The notes under the pieces were generated by a model. It saw nothing but the letters and a program-made list of their open reading frames with translations. It was not told the DNA's origin and made no database searches. Below are positions 17,535-27,121 of a DNA stretch of 64,000 bases, one piece after another (the first letter of the stretch is position 1; every line of letters starts with the position of its first letter). Where the stretch lies: contig DIXA01000055.1 of the NCBI GenBank assembly GCA_002428565.1, positions 40,436-104,435 of the forward strand. Reading direction: 5' to 3'. A program made the position numbers and the translations under genes. Source of the stretch: Anaerolineales bacterium UBA6092 (GTDB lineage Bacteria > Chloroflexota > Anaerolineae > Anaerolineales > UBA4823).

Positions 17535-18562
17535 GTGAGCTATCCGAGAAACACGGTCATGTCATCACCATCGAGCGCCACATCCTGGAAGAACAGTTGG
17601 GGCACCCCTCTGCCACCGGCGCACTGACCAACCTGCTTTATGACCTGGCGCTGGTTGGCAAGTTCATTGCCAGCCGCACCACCCGCGCCGGCCTGGCAGA
17701 GATCTTGGGCAGCACCGAGTCGATCAACGTTCAAGGCGAGCGGGTAATGAGACTGGATCAGCTGGCAGACCAGACGATGTTCAGCATGAACGACCACACC
17801 GGGCGGCTGGCGGTGATGGGCTCGGAGGAACACGAGGATATTATCCCCATCCCTGAACGCTTCCCCACCGGCAAATATGTGCTGCTCTTCGACCCCCTGG
17901 ACGGCTCATCGAACATCGATTACAACGCCCCCATTGGCACCATCTTCTCTATTTACCGCCGCAAATCGCCGGATGGCGAGCGCGGCACCCTGGAAGACTG
18001 CCTGCAGCCCGGCAAAGACCTGGTGGTGGCGGGTTACGTCATCTACGGCTCTAGCACCATGATGGTTTACACCAGCGGCGACGGCGTGCACGGCTTCACC
18101 CTGGATACCACCATCGGCGAATTCCTGCTCTCACATCCAAACATTCGCGTGCCCCAAAAACCCCGCTATTACAGCGTGAACCAGGGGAACGAAAAATATT
18201 GGAGCGAGGGCGTGCGCCGTTATACCAGCTGGCTGCAGGGTTTGGAGGGTGATCAAAAACCGCTCTCCATGCGCTACGTTGGCTCGCTGGTGAGCGATTT
18301 CCACCGCAACCTGCTCTCGGGCGGGGTTTTCTATTACCCTTCAGATACGCAAGACCCAGCCAAGCCGCACGGCAAGCTGCGCCTGCTCTACGAAGCCGCC
18401 CCGCTGGCTTTCATTGCCTCGCAGGCAGGCGGCTGTGGCTCAGACGGACGCCAGGATATCCTGGAGGTGCAGCCCACCTCGCTGCACCAGCGCACCCCGC
18501 TCTTCATTGGTAACTGCGAGCAGGTGCACAAGGCGGAGGAATTCATCCGCTTGTACGGGTAA
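17531..18562 (+). CDS. fbp: Class 1 fructose-1,6-bisphosphatase
   Basis: 343 aa. [41 protein letters not shown] lies upstream. Confidence 0.9.
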   Translation: MSELSEKHGHVITIERHILEEQLGHPSATGALTNLLYDLALVGKFIASRTTRAGLAEILGSTESINVQGERVMRLDQLADQTMFSMNDHTGRLAVMGSEEHEDIIPIPERFPTGKYVLLFDPLDGSSNIDYNAPIGTIFSIYRRKSPDGERGTLEDCLQPGKDLVVAGYVIYGSSTMMVYTSGDGVHGFTLDTTIGEFLLSHPNIRVPQKPRYYSVNQGNEKYWSEGVRRYTSWLQGLEGDQKPLSMRYVGSLVSDFHRNLLSGGVFYYPSDTQDPAKPHGKLRLLYEAAPLAFIASQAGGCGSDGRQDILEVQPTSLHQRTPLFIGNCEQVHKAEEFIRLYG

Positions 18563-18657
18563 ATTGCCGAGCTATCAATTCCTATCATCTCGGCGGCTTG
18601 CACAACCTGAGAGGTTTCGCAAGCCGCTGGTGCTTAAGATAGGCTCAGGAGGCTCGT

Positions 18658-19014
18658 ATGATGACAACTGAAAACACTCGGCCGCTTGTAATCGAGGTCA
18701 TCAAGGTCCAGGGACATTGCCCGGTCTTCCGCGTGGGCGATAGCTTTGCGATCAAGAAAGGCCACCAGTTAGTATCCGACATGCCCGTCTGCATGCATGC
18801 GCTGCAGGCATTTTCCCCTTATTACATCCCACTCAGCCGGGGCATGCACCCCATCGATCTGGGTCTGGCAGGCCCCAACGGGCATGCCTACGTGCAGTGC
18901 CAGGATCCGCAAAGCTACACCGGCGGCGGCACAGTCACCTTCCGCATCACGAACGATGAAAAACGCCTGGATGCCAATAAACCCTTCCAGGGACGCATGC
19001 CCGTTCGTTGGTGA
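18658..19014 (+). CDS. Small Cys/His-containing protein, TIGR04076-like
   Basis: 118 aa with SD CAGGAGG. VIKVQGHCPVFRVGDSFAI...MPVCMHALQAF resembles the TIGR04076 family as I remember it. Not verified. Confidence 0.45.
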   Translation: MMTTENTRPLVIEVIKVQGHCPVFRVGDSFAIKKGHQLVSDMPVCMHALQAFSPYYIPLSRGMHPIDLGLAGPNGHAYVQCQDPQSYTGGGTVTFRITNDEKRLDANKPFQGRMPVRW

Positions 19015-19027
19015 GATCAATCCCTAT

Positions 19028-19072
19028 AAAAACAAAGAGAAGCGGGGCAGCTGCCTCGCTTCTCTTTGTTTT
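19028..19072. terminator. Bidirectional intrinsic terminator between convergent genes
   Basis: AAAAACAAAGAGAAGCG-GGGCAGCTGCC-TCGCTTCTCTTTGTTTT, with A-tract/T-tract arms. Confidence 0.65.
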
Positions 19073-19101
19073 ATTCAATTTGAATTCTACGACAAGATCT
19101 A

Positions 19102-19695
19102 CTAGATGTACTTGATGTAGGTATTGCCGTCGTGAACCATGCCAGACCACTGGTCCGGTCCGATGCGAACCCAGATATTCTTGCCGTCGGTCCATTCCTC
19201 GAAGATGGTAACTTCATTGCCTTCCACCAGGCCACCCACCACACCGGCCTCGGTGCTGTGATCCTTGCGGATGCGCAGGCTGCGGATCGTGACAACACCC
19301 TTCTTGGGTGCCGCAACTTTGGCAGCAAAGGCAGACTGGGCAGCGGCGGCCTTAGCAGCAGCAGCCTGAACGGCAGCCGCGGGCTTGGCAGCGACGGGTT
19401 TGGCAGCCATGGGCTTCGCAGCCATGGGCTTCGCAGCCGCGGGTTTGGCAGCCACCGGTTTCGCAGCCACGGGCTTGGCGGCAACGGGTTTCGCAGCGGG
19501 GATCTTGGGTGCGGCGGGTACCTTGGCAGCAGCAGCCTTGGCAGCGGCGGCTTTGGCAGCAGCAGCCTTAGAAGCAATCACGCGATCAGCCTCAGCCTTT
19601 TCAGCAGCAGCCTTGGCAGCAGCGGCCTCTTTTTCGTCTTTGTCGGTCAGTGCATCAATCGCCTGACCAAAGATGGATTTCTTTTTTTCAGCCAT
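19102..19695 (-). CDS. Ala/Lys/Pro-repeat protein (AAKPx pentapeptide array, histone-H1/AlgP-like) with a C-terminal SH3b-like domain
   Basis: 197 aa with ATG at 19695. ...AAKPVAAKPVAAKPVAAKPAAAKPMAAKPMAAKPVAAKPAAA... followed by VVTIRSLRIRKDHSTEAGVVGGLVEGNEVTIFEEWTDGKNIWVRI (SH3_3-like). Confidence 0.7.
   Translation of the reverse strand: MAEKKKSIFGQAIDALTDKDEKEAAAAKAAAEKAEADRVIASKAAAAKAAAAKAAAAKVPAAPKIPAAKPVAAKPVAAKPVAAKPAAAKPMAAKPMAAKPVAAKPAAAVQAAAAKAAAAQSAFAAKVAAPKKGVVTIRSLRIRKDHSTEAGVVGGLVEGNEVTIFEEWTDGKNIWVRIGPDQWSGMVHDGNTYIKYI
19381..19500. repeat. Eight tandem copies of a 15-bp unit (GGGYTTSGCAGCNNN) inside the CDS
   Basis: Units read directly at 19381, 19396, 19411, 19426, 19441, 19456, 19471 and 19486. 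They are in frame and encode the AAKPx repeats. Confidence 0.9.
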
Positions 19696-19829
19696 TTTTT
19701 GTCTCCCTATTACTTAATCGAACCTGATGTTTTTTCGCTGGCTTGTTCAGCCTGGTTTAATTATACCCCCATCCTTAACATCGGGCTACTAAAAATAAGA
19801 GGATTTTTAACAAACGTAGCGAATGCCTC

Positions 19830-19857
19830 TTGACAAATAGCACGCATGTTCTATAAT
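19830..19857 (+). promoter_or_regulatory. Sigma-70-type promoter (TTGACA, 16-nt spacer, TATAAT) for the 19905 gene
   Basis: TTGACA at 19830-19835 and TATAAT at 19852-19857, in an AT-rich divergent intergenic region. The AAGGAGG SD follows. Confidence 0.55.
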
Positions 19858-19904
19858 AGGAATATATTAGAACATCTGTTCAGGGTTCCCTAAGGAGGTT
19901 TTCC

Positions 19905-20615
19905 ATGAACCGCTCTGGTATCCAATCCCTCAACTTTGCCCGCCTCACCCGTCACTCCAAAATCTCACGCGGCCTGCTTTTCGGCGTGCTCATCATGGGC
20001 GCATTGCTGGCCTTTGAGATCTTCAACTACTCCACCACCGATTTCGCCCTGGCCGACCTGCTGGGCGACCTGCGCTTTGCCGGCATCCGCTGGGCCACCA
20101 TCCTGGCGGTGGCCTTCTGCGGCATCGACTTTGCCGGCATCGCCCGTCTCTTCACCCCCGAGCAGGGCGCCGACGAGCCCAAGGAAGTGTGGTACCTGTT
20201 TGGGGCCTGGCTGCTGGCAGCCACCATGAACGCCATGCTCACCTGGTGGGGCACCTCGGTGGCTGTGCTCAACCACCAATCGCTGGGCAATGCCGTGGTC
20301 GACCGCGAGACGATGATCAAGGTGGTGCCGGTGTTTGTGGCGGTGATGGTCTGGCTGATCCGCATCCTGATCATCGGCACCTTCTCGGCCGCCGGAGACC
20401 GGCTGTTCTCGCAGGCAGACACCCGGCGCAGCAGCCGCAGCTCCAGCAGCCTGGGCAGTCACAGCACCAGCAATCCCCGGCCCAACACCGCCCCGGCTTT
20501 CCGCCCCATGCCCAAGACCAACCAGGAGCCATCCCGGGGCTACTCTCGCCCCGAGCCAACCTATCACCCCGCCTCGATGAACGGCTACTCCAACAACAAC
20601 CAGACCCGCCGCTAA
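19905..20615 (+). CDS. Hypothetical integral membrane protein with a Ser/Pro/Asn-rich cytoplasmic tail
   Basis: 236 aa, ATG with a strong SD. About 4 TM segments. No family recognised. Confidence 0.6.
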   Translation: MNRSGIQSLNFARLTRHSKISRGLLFGVLIMGALLAFEIFNYSTTDFALADLLGDLRFAGIRWATILAVAFCGIDFAGIARLFTPEQGADEPKEVWYLFGAWLLAATMNAMLTWWGTSVAVLNHQSLGNAVVDRETMIKVVPVFVAVMVWLIRILIIGTFSAAGDRLFSQADTRRSSRSSSSLGSHSTSNPRPNTAPAFRPMPKTNQEPSRGYSRPEPTYHPASMNGYSNNNQTRR

Positions 20616-20631
20616 AACGCATCCCCCAACC

Positions 20632-20684
20632 CCTAAAAACAGGGTTGCAGTATGGCTATGCCATGCTGCAACCCTGTTTTTAGG
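20632..20684 (+). terminator. Intrinsic terminator (19-bp outer stem CCTAAAAACAGGGTTGCAG...CTGCAACCCTGTTTTTAGG followed by TTTTTC)
   Basis: Read directly, 16 nt after the stop at 20615. Confidence 0.7.
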
Positions 20685-20878
20685 TTTTTCGGGCGATGAG
20701 CACTGCTTATTGACCTGCCCCTTGTTTTGTGCTATTTTATTAACAGTTGCTCATCTTTTCCCCTTACCGGTATTATTCATAATCGAGCCAACCAGAAAGG
20801 AGGGTCTTACTGAACACTGCTTGTTTGACTTTCTCTTCAATATACTCAAACCATAGCGAATCTTAGGAGAAACAGCGT

Positions 20879-23800
20879 ATGAATAAGCCCAGATTATTCG
20901 TCTTAACCGCCGTCTTCCTGCTCATGCTTGGGCTGGGCACGGCGGCATATGCCATGGACAGCCAGCAAGCCAATGGGCCTGTGGCGGAGACGCCTCCCAG
21001 CGAGCCGGTGGCCTTCACCGGCGCCCCCGCGTCCAGCCAGGGCATCCAGTCGCTCAGCGGCTCATTTGTCATCTTCGATCCGTCCGTCGGCGGCGACTCG
21101 TGCTTCGTCCCTGGCACAGCGCAGACCTTCTGCTTCCGGGCCGAGTCGTTCTCCCCCGACTGGGAATACGTCTACAACCTGTGGCAGAAGTTCCCGGCTG
21201 ACTGGACGGTGAACAATGTCTACGTTCAGGGCACGCCCGCCTGCACCAGCACCGGCACCTGGGGCACCTTCGGCTGGGCTTTCCAAACCTCACCCTACGA
21301 GGTCAATATATCCCACACCCGCTTCCATGCCAACGGCGGTGACCACTGCACCGCCTTCTACTGCTTCGATGTCACCTCGGGTACTGGCACACCAGACGCA
21401 CTCGAATCCTGGTACTGGGACGGCGACGGTTACAACGCCGCCCCTCACAACCCCTGCAGCAGCGACAGTTACACCCCCGCCGGGCAGAACGCCTGCGACG
21501 AGGCAGTCAACACCCTCGCCGCCATCCCAGCCTGTGTACTGCCGCCTGTTATGCTGACGCCAGACCTGCTCGAGAAACGTGAGTGCGCCTGCGGGGCGCA
21601 AGATTATCTCCTGACCGCCTGGAACAATGCCGGTTATAACACGAACATTCAATTGACATACACCCTGGTTGCTGGCGTAGGTTCCTGCACTGGCCCATCC
21701 GCGATCAATGTGCCGGATGGCGCCAATGCGAACTTTCTGGTGAGCGTCTTGCCGGTCGGCCAGCCCGGCGATACGGTGGTCTGTGAGGTGCACGCCGAAG
21801 ATGCTGCCAACCCGGCCAACAACGATACTTCTATCATCGTGGTAGAACTGATCGCCGGCAGCTTTGACCCGGCTGGCTGGCAACTGGGGCCGATCGTTGG
21901 CGCTACGCCTAACCAGTGGGCCGGTGCAACGGTAGGCACTAACCCGGCAGCCTCCGGACCGGTGGGCTACGTGGTAGGCGGATTAACTACGGGCTCCAGC
22001 ATTCTCACTCCCGACCTGCAGATGTTCGACCCCGCCTCAGGCACCTGGACGCAGCTGGCAGACCTGCCCAACCCACGCTTCAGCCCTGTCGTTGGTTGGA
22101 TCAATGGCTTGCTGTATGCCGCCGGTGGTTATGACGCGGCATTCAGCGCTACCGCCGACCTGCAGGTGTATGATCCCGCCACCGACACCTGGGATAACAC
22201 CACCCCAGCCGATCTGCCGAACATTCGCGGCGGCGGTGCGGGTGGGGTAGGCGCCTGCGCCTCCGGCACGGGCGACTGCCTCTTCCACGTGGGCGGCGGG
22301 CCAGATGGCACGTTTGCCAACACTACACTGGAGACCTGGGAGTACGACCCCAGCACGGGCGCCTGGACGCAGCTGGATAACAAGCCGGCTGGCTCCTCGC
22401 CCGATGGTCACCTCCTGGGCGCGGGCGTGAGCTGCCTGGGCCAGGTCTACGTGGGCGGCGACTATCGCGGTTACCACCACTTCTTCCGCCTGGATGCCAC
22501 TCAGCCGAGCGGCTCGCAGTGGGTGCAGTTAGCCGACATCCCCGCCGGCGCAGGGGCGATGACCCCCGCCCTGGTGTGCAAGGAAGACTGGCAAGCCATC
22601 GTGCTGATCGGCGGCGACCCGGATGGCGGCTGGGGCACCTACAACAACACCGTCTTCGTGTACGACATTGGTGCGGATACCTGGATTGGGCCGCTGGCTG
22701 CCACACTCAACGTAGGTCAACTTGGCTCGGTAGGCTGGCACCTGGACAACCGGGTGTGGACGGTCGGCGGCACGGTGGGCTCAGGCGCCATCACTCCCAT
22801 GCCCTTCGAATCGCTGGCGCAGATCATTTGCAATCCCGGGCTATGCCTGAACCTGTTCAACGTGTGGAAGGATGCTCCGCTGACTGCCCGCAACGGTGAT
22901 GTGATCTCTTATACCATCACACTCGAGCCGCAGATCCTGATGCCGGGCCTGTATATTGTCGATCCGCTGCCGTCCGGCGTGGAATACGCCGGCAACCTGC
23001 AATGGAACATGGGCGACGCCTGGTACAGCGACACGGTCAACACCGTCTTCTGGGAGTATACTGGCGTGACGCACCTCGCCACCCCGGCGGTGCCTGTGCC
23101 ATCTCTGCCGCCCGACCCGGCAGCCGCACTTGACCTGGCTGGTGAGCCAGCCGGGGAGGCCTGCGCCCCGGCGGCCTTGAATGGCGTCGACATCTTCGCT
23201 TACCCCGATGCCGTGCTGTGGGATAATGGTCCACTGGTCACCCACCCTGGCGCGTGCAGCGGCATGGACGCCAGCCGCCTGCAGACGGACCTGAGCATGA
23301 ACACGCTCGGCTTTGGGCATCAGCTCTCAGTGGGCAACCGCATGGCCGATGACTTCACCATCACCAACCCGCTGGGCTGGCAGATCGACCAGGTCACCTT
23401 CTTTGCTTACCAGACGGGTGCGCCAGTGACTTCGACCATCACCGGCGTGTACTACCAGATCTGGGACGGCCCGCCGGACAACCCCGCCAGCAGCGTAGTC
23501 TTTGGCGACCTGGCAACCAACCGCCTGCTGGAGACCACCTTCACCGGTATCCAGCGCGACTCGGGCACCAGCCCATGCGCCAACAACCGCTACATCTTTG
23601 CCGACGTAGCCAGCGCCGGTGTGACGCTGCCGCCGGGCACCTACTGGCTAGACTGGATGACGGACGGCTCGCTGGCCTCTGGGCCGTGGGCGCCGCCGAT
23701 CACCATCATCAGTAATACGGTTACGGGCAATGCCCTGCAATTCACCACTTCTACTGGCGCATGGGCGCCAGCCAATGACAGCGGCACCCTCACGCAGCAA

Positions 23801-25315
23801 GGCATGCCTTTCATCATCGAGGGCGAGCCTGTGCCTCTGCCAGAGATCACTTTTGATGTGAACGTGACCGGTCACTGCGGCGACGTGATCTTCAACGAGG
23901 GCTGGGCTGGCATCGACGGCATCAACAAGCCATTCGCCGCCACCACGGTGGTCAGCGGCGATGCCACCATCGATGTCTCGCCGCCTTCGCTGGAGGCAAG
24001 CCTCTGCCCGGATGCTACCAACGTCGACACGCTGCAAATCTGCAACCTGGGCGACTGCCCGCTCTCGTGGGTGCTGAACGAGATGAGCGTGATTAAAATC
24101 CTGGACGGCTCCATGCCCTTTGTGCCGGTGGATGTGACCGGTGTTGGGCCTGCCCCTGAGGGGCTGACCGTCTCATCGCCGCAGGATGCGCCGCTGGCTG
24201 CGCCAGCCGCGCCGGTTGTGTTGGCAAGCCCCGACGATGTGTTATGGGATCAGCCATTGAACCCCATCACGCAGTCAGCCTGGGTGGACCAGGAGTTCAC
24301 CGACTTTCCAGTTTACAGCTCCTTCCTGGCGGATGACTTTGTCAATGCCGACCCGTGGCTGATCAACAGCATCTTTATTCCCGGCGACTTGTGGAACGGC
24401 GCCTATGACCTGCACATGGTTGAATCGCTCACCTGGCAGATCTACGCCGACAATGGCAGCGGCCTCCCCGATGGCGACCCCTCCGGGGGCGGCAACCCGC
24501 CTGTGTGGACGCTGACGCTGCCGCCGCTCAGCCCCTATGTCACCATCACGCCCGGTTCCAACGGGTATCCGTCCAATGTCACGCTTAACCCGCCGCATCT
24601 GTTCACCCTGCCGCCGGGCAACTGGTGGCTGGTGTTTTACCCGACCGCACCGTTTGGCGGGTTTGGACAGTACGGGCGCCAGCCCGCCGATACGACCAAT
24701 GGCGCGGTAGGCAAGTTCATCAACCCCGGCGGCGGTTTCGGCTTTGGCCCCAACTGGCAAGACTGGACCGTGCTTGGCATCACTCTGCCAGACATCGCCT
24801 TCCGCCTGGAGGGCATTGTGCTGCCCGCGATGGCTGACATCCCCTGGCTGAGCACCAGCCCCATCACGGGTACCGTGCCATGGGGCGAGTGCCAGGATGT
24901 GGAGGTGACCTTCGACGCTTCCAGCCTGGCTCCCGGCGACTACACCGCCGAACTGCTCATCTTCAGCAACGACCTCGCCGCGCCGTTGACCTCTGTCCCC
25001 GTCCAAATGACAGTGCTGGCGCCCGTGTCTGGTGCAGCCTTCACCTGGTTGCCACTGGCGCCGGATGCGGGTACACCGGTCAACTTCACCGCCAGCGTGG
25101 GCAGCGGCACGCCGCCATTCACCTACGCCTGGAACTTTGGGGATGGTGGCACCGGCAGCGGTATGAGCGCCAGCCACACCTACCTGGTGGCGGGCGTCTA
25201 CGGCCCCGAGCTGACGGTAGCGAATGCCTGCGGCGTAAGCAGTGTGTCGCACACGCTGACAGTGGAGCCTGGCCTCTATCAAATCTACCTGCCCACCACC
25301 CTGAAGAGGCCTTAG
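20879..25315 (+). CDS. Large secreted protein with a Kelch-type beta-propeller region and a C-terminal PKD domain
   Basis: 1478 aa. Signal peptide MNKPRLFVLTAVFLLMLGLGTAAYA. Kelch-like blades (PNPRFSPVVGWINGLLYAAGGYD...LQVYDPATDTW, WEYDPSTGAWTQL). PKD segment FTASVGSGTPPFTYAWNFGDGGTGSGMSASHTY. Confidence 0.8.
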   Translation: MNKPRLFVLTAVFLLMLGLGTAAYAMDSQQANGPVAETPPSEPVAFTGAPASSQGIQSLSGSFVIFDPSVGGDSCFVPGTAQTFCFRAESFSPDWEYVYNLWQKFPADWTVNNVYVQGTPACTSTGTWGTFGWAFQTSPYEVNISHTRFHANGGDHCTAFYCFDVTSGTGTPDALESWYWDGDGYNAAPHNPCSSDSYTPAGQNACDEAVNTLAAIPACVLPPVMLTPDLLEKRECACGAQDYLLTAWNNAGYNTNIQLTYTLVAGVGSCTGPSAINVPDGANANFLVSVLPVGQPGDTVVCEVHAEDAANPANNDTSIIVVELIAGSFDPAGWQLGPIVGATPNQWAGATVGTNPAASGPVGYVVGGLTTGSSILTPDLQMFDPASGTWTQLADLPNPRFSPVVGWINGLLYAAGGYDAAFSATADLQVYDPATDTWDNTTPADLPNIRGGGAGGVGACASGTGDCLFHVGGGPDGTFANTTLETWEYDPSTGAWTQLDNKPAGSSPDGHLLGAGVSCLGQVYVGGDYRGYHHFFRLDATQPSGSQWVQLADIPAGAGAMTPALVCKEDWQAIVLIGGDPDGGWGTYNNTVFVYDIGADTWIGPLAATLNVGQLGSVGWHLDNRVWTVGGTVGSGAITPMPFESLAQIICNPGLCLNLFNVWKDAPLTARNGDVISYTITLEPQILMPGLYIVDPLPSGVEYAGNLQWNMGDAWYSDTVNTVFWEYTGVTHLATPAVPVPSLPPDPAAALDLAGEPAGEACAPAALNGVDIFAYPDAVLWDNGPLVTHPGACSGMDASRLQTDLSMNTLGFGHQLSVGNRMADDFTITNPLGWQIDQVTFFAYQTGAPVTSTITGVYYQIWDGPPDNPASSVVFGDLATNRLLETTFTGIQRDSGTSPCANNRYIFADVASAGVTLPPGTYWLDWMTDGSLASGPWAPPITIISNTVTGNALQFTTSTGAWAPANDSGTLTQQGMPFIIEGEPVPLPEITFDVNVTGHCGDVIFNEGWAGIDGINKPFAATTVVSGDATIDVSPPSLEASLCPDATNVDTLQICNLGDCPLSWVLNEMSVIKILDGSMPFVPVDVTGVGPAPEGLTVSSPQDAPLAAPAAPVVLASPDDVLWDQPLNPITQSAWVDQEFTDFPVYSSFLADDFVNADPWLINSIFIPGDLWNGAYDLHMVESLTWQIYADNGSGLPDGDPSGGGNPPVWTLTLPPLSPYVTITPGSNGYPSNVTLNPPHLFTLPPGNWWLVFYPTAPFGGFGQYGRQPADTTNGAVGKFINPGGGFGFGPNWQDWTVLGITLPDIAFRLEGIVLPAMADIPWLSTSPITGTVPWGECQDVEVTFDASSLAPGDYTAELLIFSNDLAAPLTSVPVQMTVLAPVSGAAFTWLPLAPDAGTPVNFTASVGSGTPPFTYAWNFGDGGTGSGMSASHTYLVAGVYGPELTVANACGVSSVSHTLTVEPGLYQIYLPTTLKRP

Positions 25316-25335
25316 CCTTTTCCCCATCGGTAATC

Positions 25336-25388
25336 GCAAAAAAAAACATCTGCTGCGGCGCTTTGCACCGCAGCAGATGTTTTTTTGC
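25336..25388. terminator. Bidirectional intrinsic terminator between convergent genes
   Basis: GCAAAAAAAAACATCTGCTGCGG-loop-CCGCAGCAGATGTTTTTTTGC. Confidence 0.7.
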
Positions 25389-25392
25389 GGAG

Positions 25393-26268
25393 TTATCTCC
25401 GCACAATGGCATCCGTCATGCGCGCCACCCGCGCCATGAAAGCCACATCGTGCACGCGCACGATATCCGCCCCACGCGCAATGCCCACCGCCGTGGCCGC
25501 GGCGGTGCCTTCCAGGCGCTGATCTGGCGGCAGGTTGAGGGTATAGCCGATGAAGGATTTGCGCGACGGCCCCAGCAGCACCGGGTAGCCCAGGGCGCGG
25601 ATCTCGTCCAGGCGATCGAGCAGCTCCAGGTTCTGCTCCACGGTCTTGCCGAAGCCGATGCCGGGATCCAGGATGATCTGCTCTTCGGGGACGCCCGCCT
25701 GCCGGGCAATGGCTACGCTCTCCAGCAGCTCACGGCGCACATCTTCGAGCAGGTTCTCATAGGGAATGCCCACATAATGCCCACCCAGGCGGTCCTTGAT
25801 CTCGGCGTGCGCCCAGGAAGAACGGTTATGCATCAAGATTACCGGCGCGCCATGTTGCGCCGCCACCTCTGCCAGGGCCGGGTCCACCTTGAGGCCCCAC
25901 ACATCGTTGATGATGTGCGCCCCGGCCTGCAGGGCAGCCTCGGCGACGCTGGCCTTGTAAGTATCTACCGAGATGAGCAGGTCTAGTTCGCGGGCTAAAG
26001 CCTGCACCACCGGCACAACCTGCGCCATCTCCTGCTCCGCGCTGACCGGCTGCGCCCCGGGGCGAGTGCTTTCGCCGCCCACATCCAAAATATCGGCCCC
26101 CTCCTGGGCAAAGCGCAGGCCGCGCGCCAGGGCGCGCTCCACGCCCAGATTGTCCACGCCAGCCAGGCCATCGCCAGAGAAGCTGTCGGTGGTCAGGTTG
26201 AGGATGCCCATCACATAGGTGCGGGAGCCCCAATCCAGGGTGTGACCGTGAAGGGTAAGTGGTTGCAT
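25393..26268 (-). CDS. folP: Dihydropteroate synthase
   Basis: 291 aa. VMGILNLTTDSFSGDG, ADILDVGGESTRPGA, DPGIGFGKT. Confidence 0.9.
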   Translation of the reverse strand: MQPLTLHGHTLDWGSRTYVMGILNLTTDSFSGDGLAGVDNLGVERALARGLRFAQEGADILDVGGESTRPGAQPVSAEQEMAQVVPVVQALARELDLLISVDTYKASVAEAALQAGAHIINDVWGLKVDPALAEVAAQHGAPVILMHNRSSWAHAEIKDRLGGHYVGIPYENLLEDVRRELLESVAIARQAGVPEEQIILDPGIGFGKTVEQNLELLDRLDEIRALGYPVLLGPSRKSFIGYTLNLPPDQRLEGTAAATAVGIARGADIVRVHDVAFMARVARMTDAIVRR

Positions 26269-26282
26269 CTTCCTGTGCCTCC

Positions 26283-27119
26283 TTAGCGCTCAGCCATCTG
26301 CAGCACGCGCTGCGCATCTGCCGTGATAAATGGATTGGCGCGCCGCTTGCTAATGCCCCCCCAATCTACCGGAGAATAGCCGTTCACCTCTGGCCTGGTC
26401 CGGCGGTAAAAACAGATCTCGGCCGGGAAACCACCATCCGGCAGGCGCTTGCTCTCCAGCAGGTCCAGTGCGGGCGCACAGCGCGGGTCGCTGAGGAAAC
26501 CAGCCTCAGACATTACCTTGAGGCCCGCCAGGATATTGTAGTGCCAGTAGAAGGGGAAGAACAGTTCCACAAAAGTATGCTCGATCACCGCGCCATCGCG
26601 CAGGCGGCGGAACAACTGCCGCTTCAAGAACACGTCTGCGGCGCGCTCCGCCGCCCGGGCTGCCGCCGGGTCACCAGAGGCGCGCCCATACAATGCCAGG
26701 GCGCGTAGGGGGATCCACGTTTCGTGAAAGGAGGACACAGCCGCCTCGGGGCGTTTATCGCAGTTCCAGCCGCCATCCGGCCACTGCCATTTCATCAACC
26801 GTTCAGCCAGTTCTTGCGTGCGCTCATCCGCCAGGCCCAACGCCAGCGAATAATAAACGCAGTTGCCCTCTTGCGAGGTGCAGCGCCGCGTGCGCCCGGC
26901 GATGGTGCGGATACGCTGGGCATGCTCTTTCGAGAGCAGCCAGGTATAGCACTGCTCCAGCAGCGGGCGCAGGCGCTCATCCCCCGGCGGGTGGCCCAGT
27001 TCGGCCAGGCAAGCCAACGCCCAATGCGCCCCGCGCCACTTGTGATACGGGTGGAAGGGGATGCATCCATCCGGGCTTTGATCGACGAGGAGTTGAGAAA
27101 CCAAAGCGGGTTCAGCCAT
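26283..27119 (-). CDS. Hypothetical protein with prenyltransferase/terpene-cyclase-like alpha-alpha toroid repeats
   Basis: 278 aa. Repeats of the QWPDGGW / RLPDGGF type. Lies 14 nt upstream of folP. Confidence 0.5.
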   Translation of the reverse strand: MAEPALVSQLLVDQSPDGCIPFHPYHKWRGAHWALACLAELGHPPGDERLRPLLEQCYTWLLSKEHAQRIRTIAGRTRRCTSQEGNCVYYSLALGLADERTQELAERLMKWQWPDGGWNCDKRPEAAVSSFHETWIPLRALALYGRASGDPAAARAAERAADVFLKRQLFRRLRDGAVIEHTFVELFFPFYWHYNILAGLKVMSEAGFLSDPRCAPALDLLESKRLPDGGFPAEICFYRRTRPEVNGYSPVDWGGISKRRANPFITADAQRVLQMAER

Positions 27120-27121
27120 TT

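Noticed and set aside
19381-19500. Regular 15-bp repeats considered as a possible CRISPR or other non-coding array
   Set aside because: There are no spacers and the unit is too short. The repeats are in frame within a well-supported ORF encoding AAKPx pentapeptides.
19846-19875. GTTC...GAAC palindrome considered as a LexA (Cheo-type) box
   Set aside because: The Cheo box is GAAC-N4-GTTC. Here the half-sites are in the opposite order and about 18 nt apart. It is kept only as a generic palindrome.
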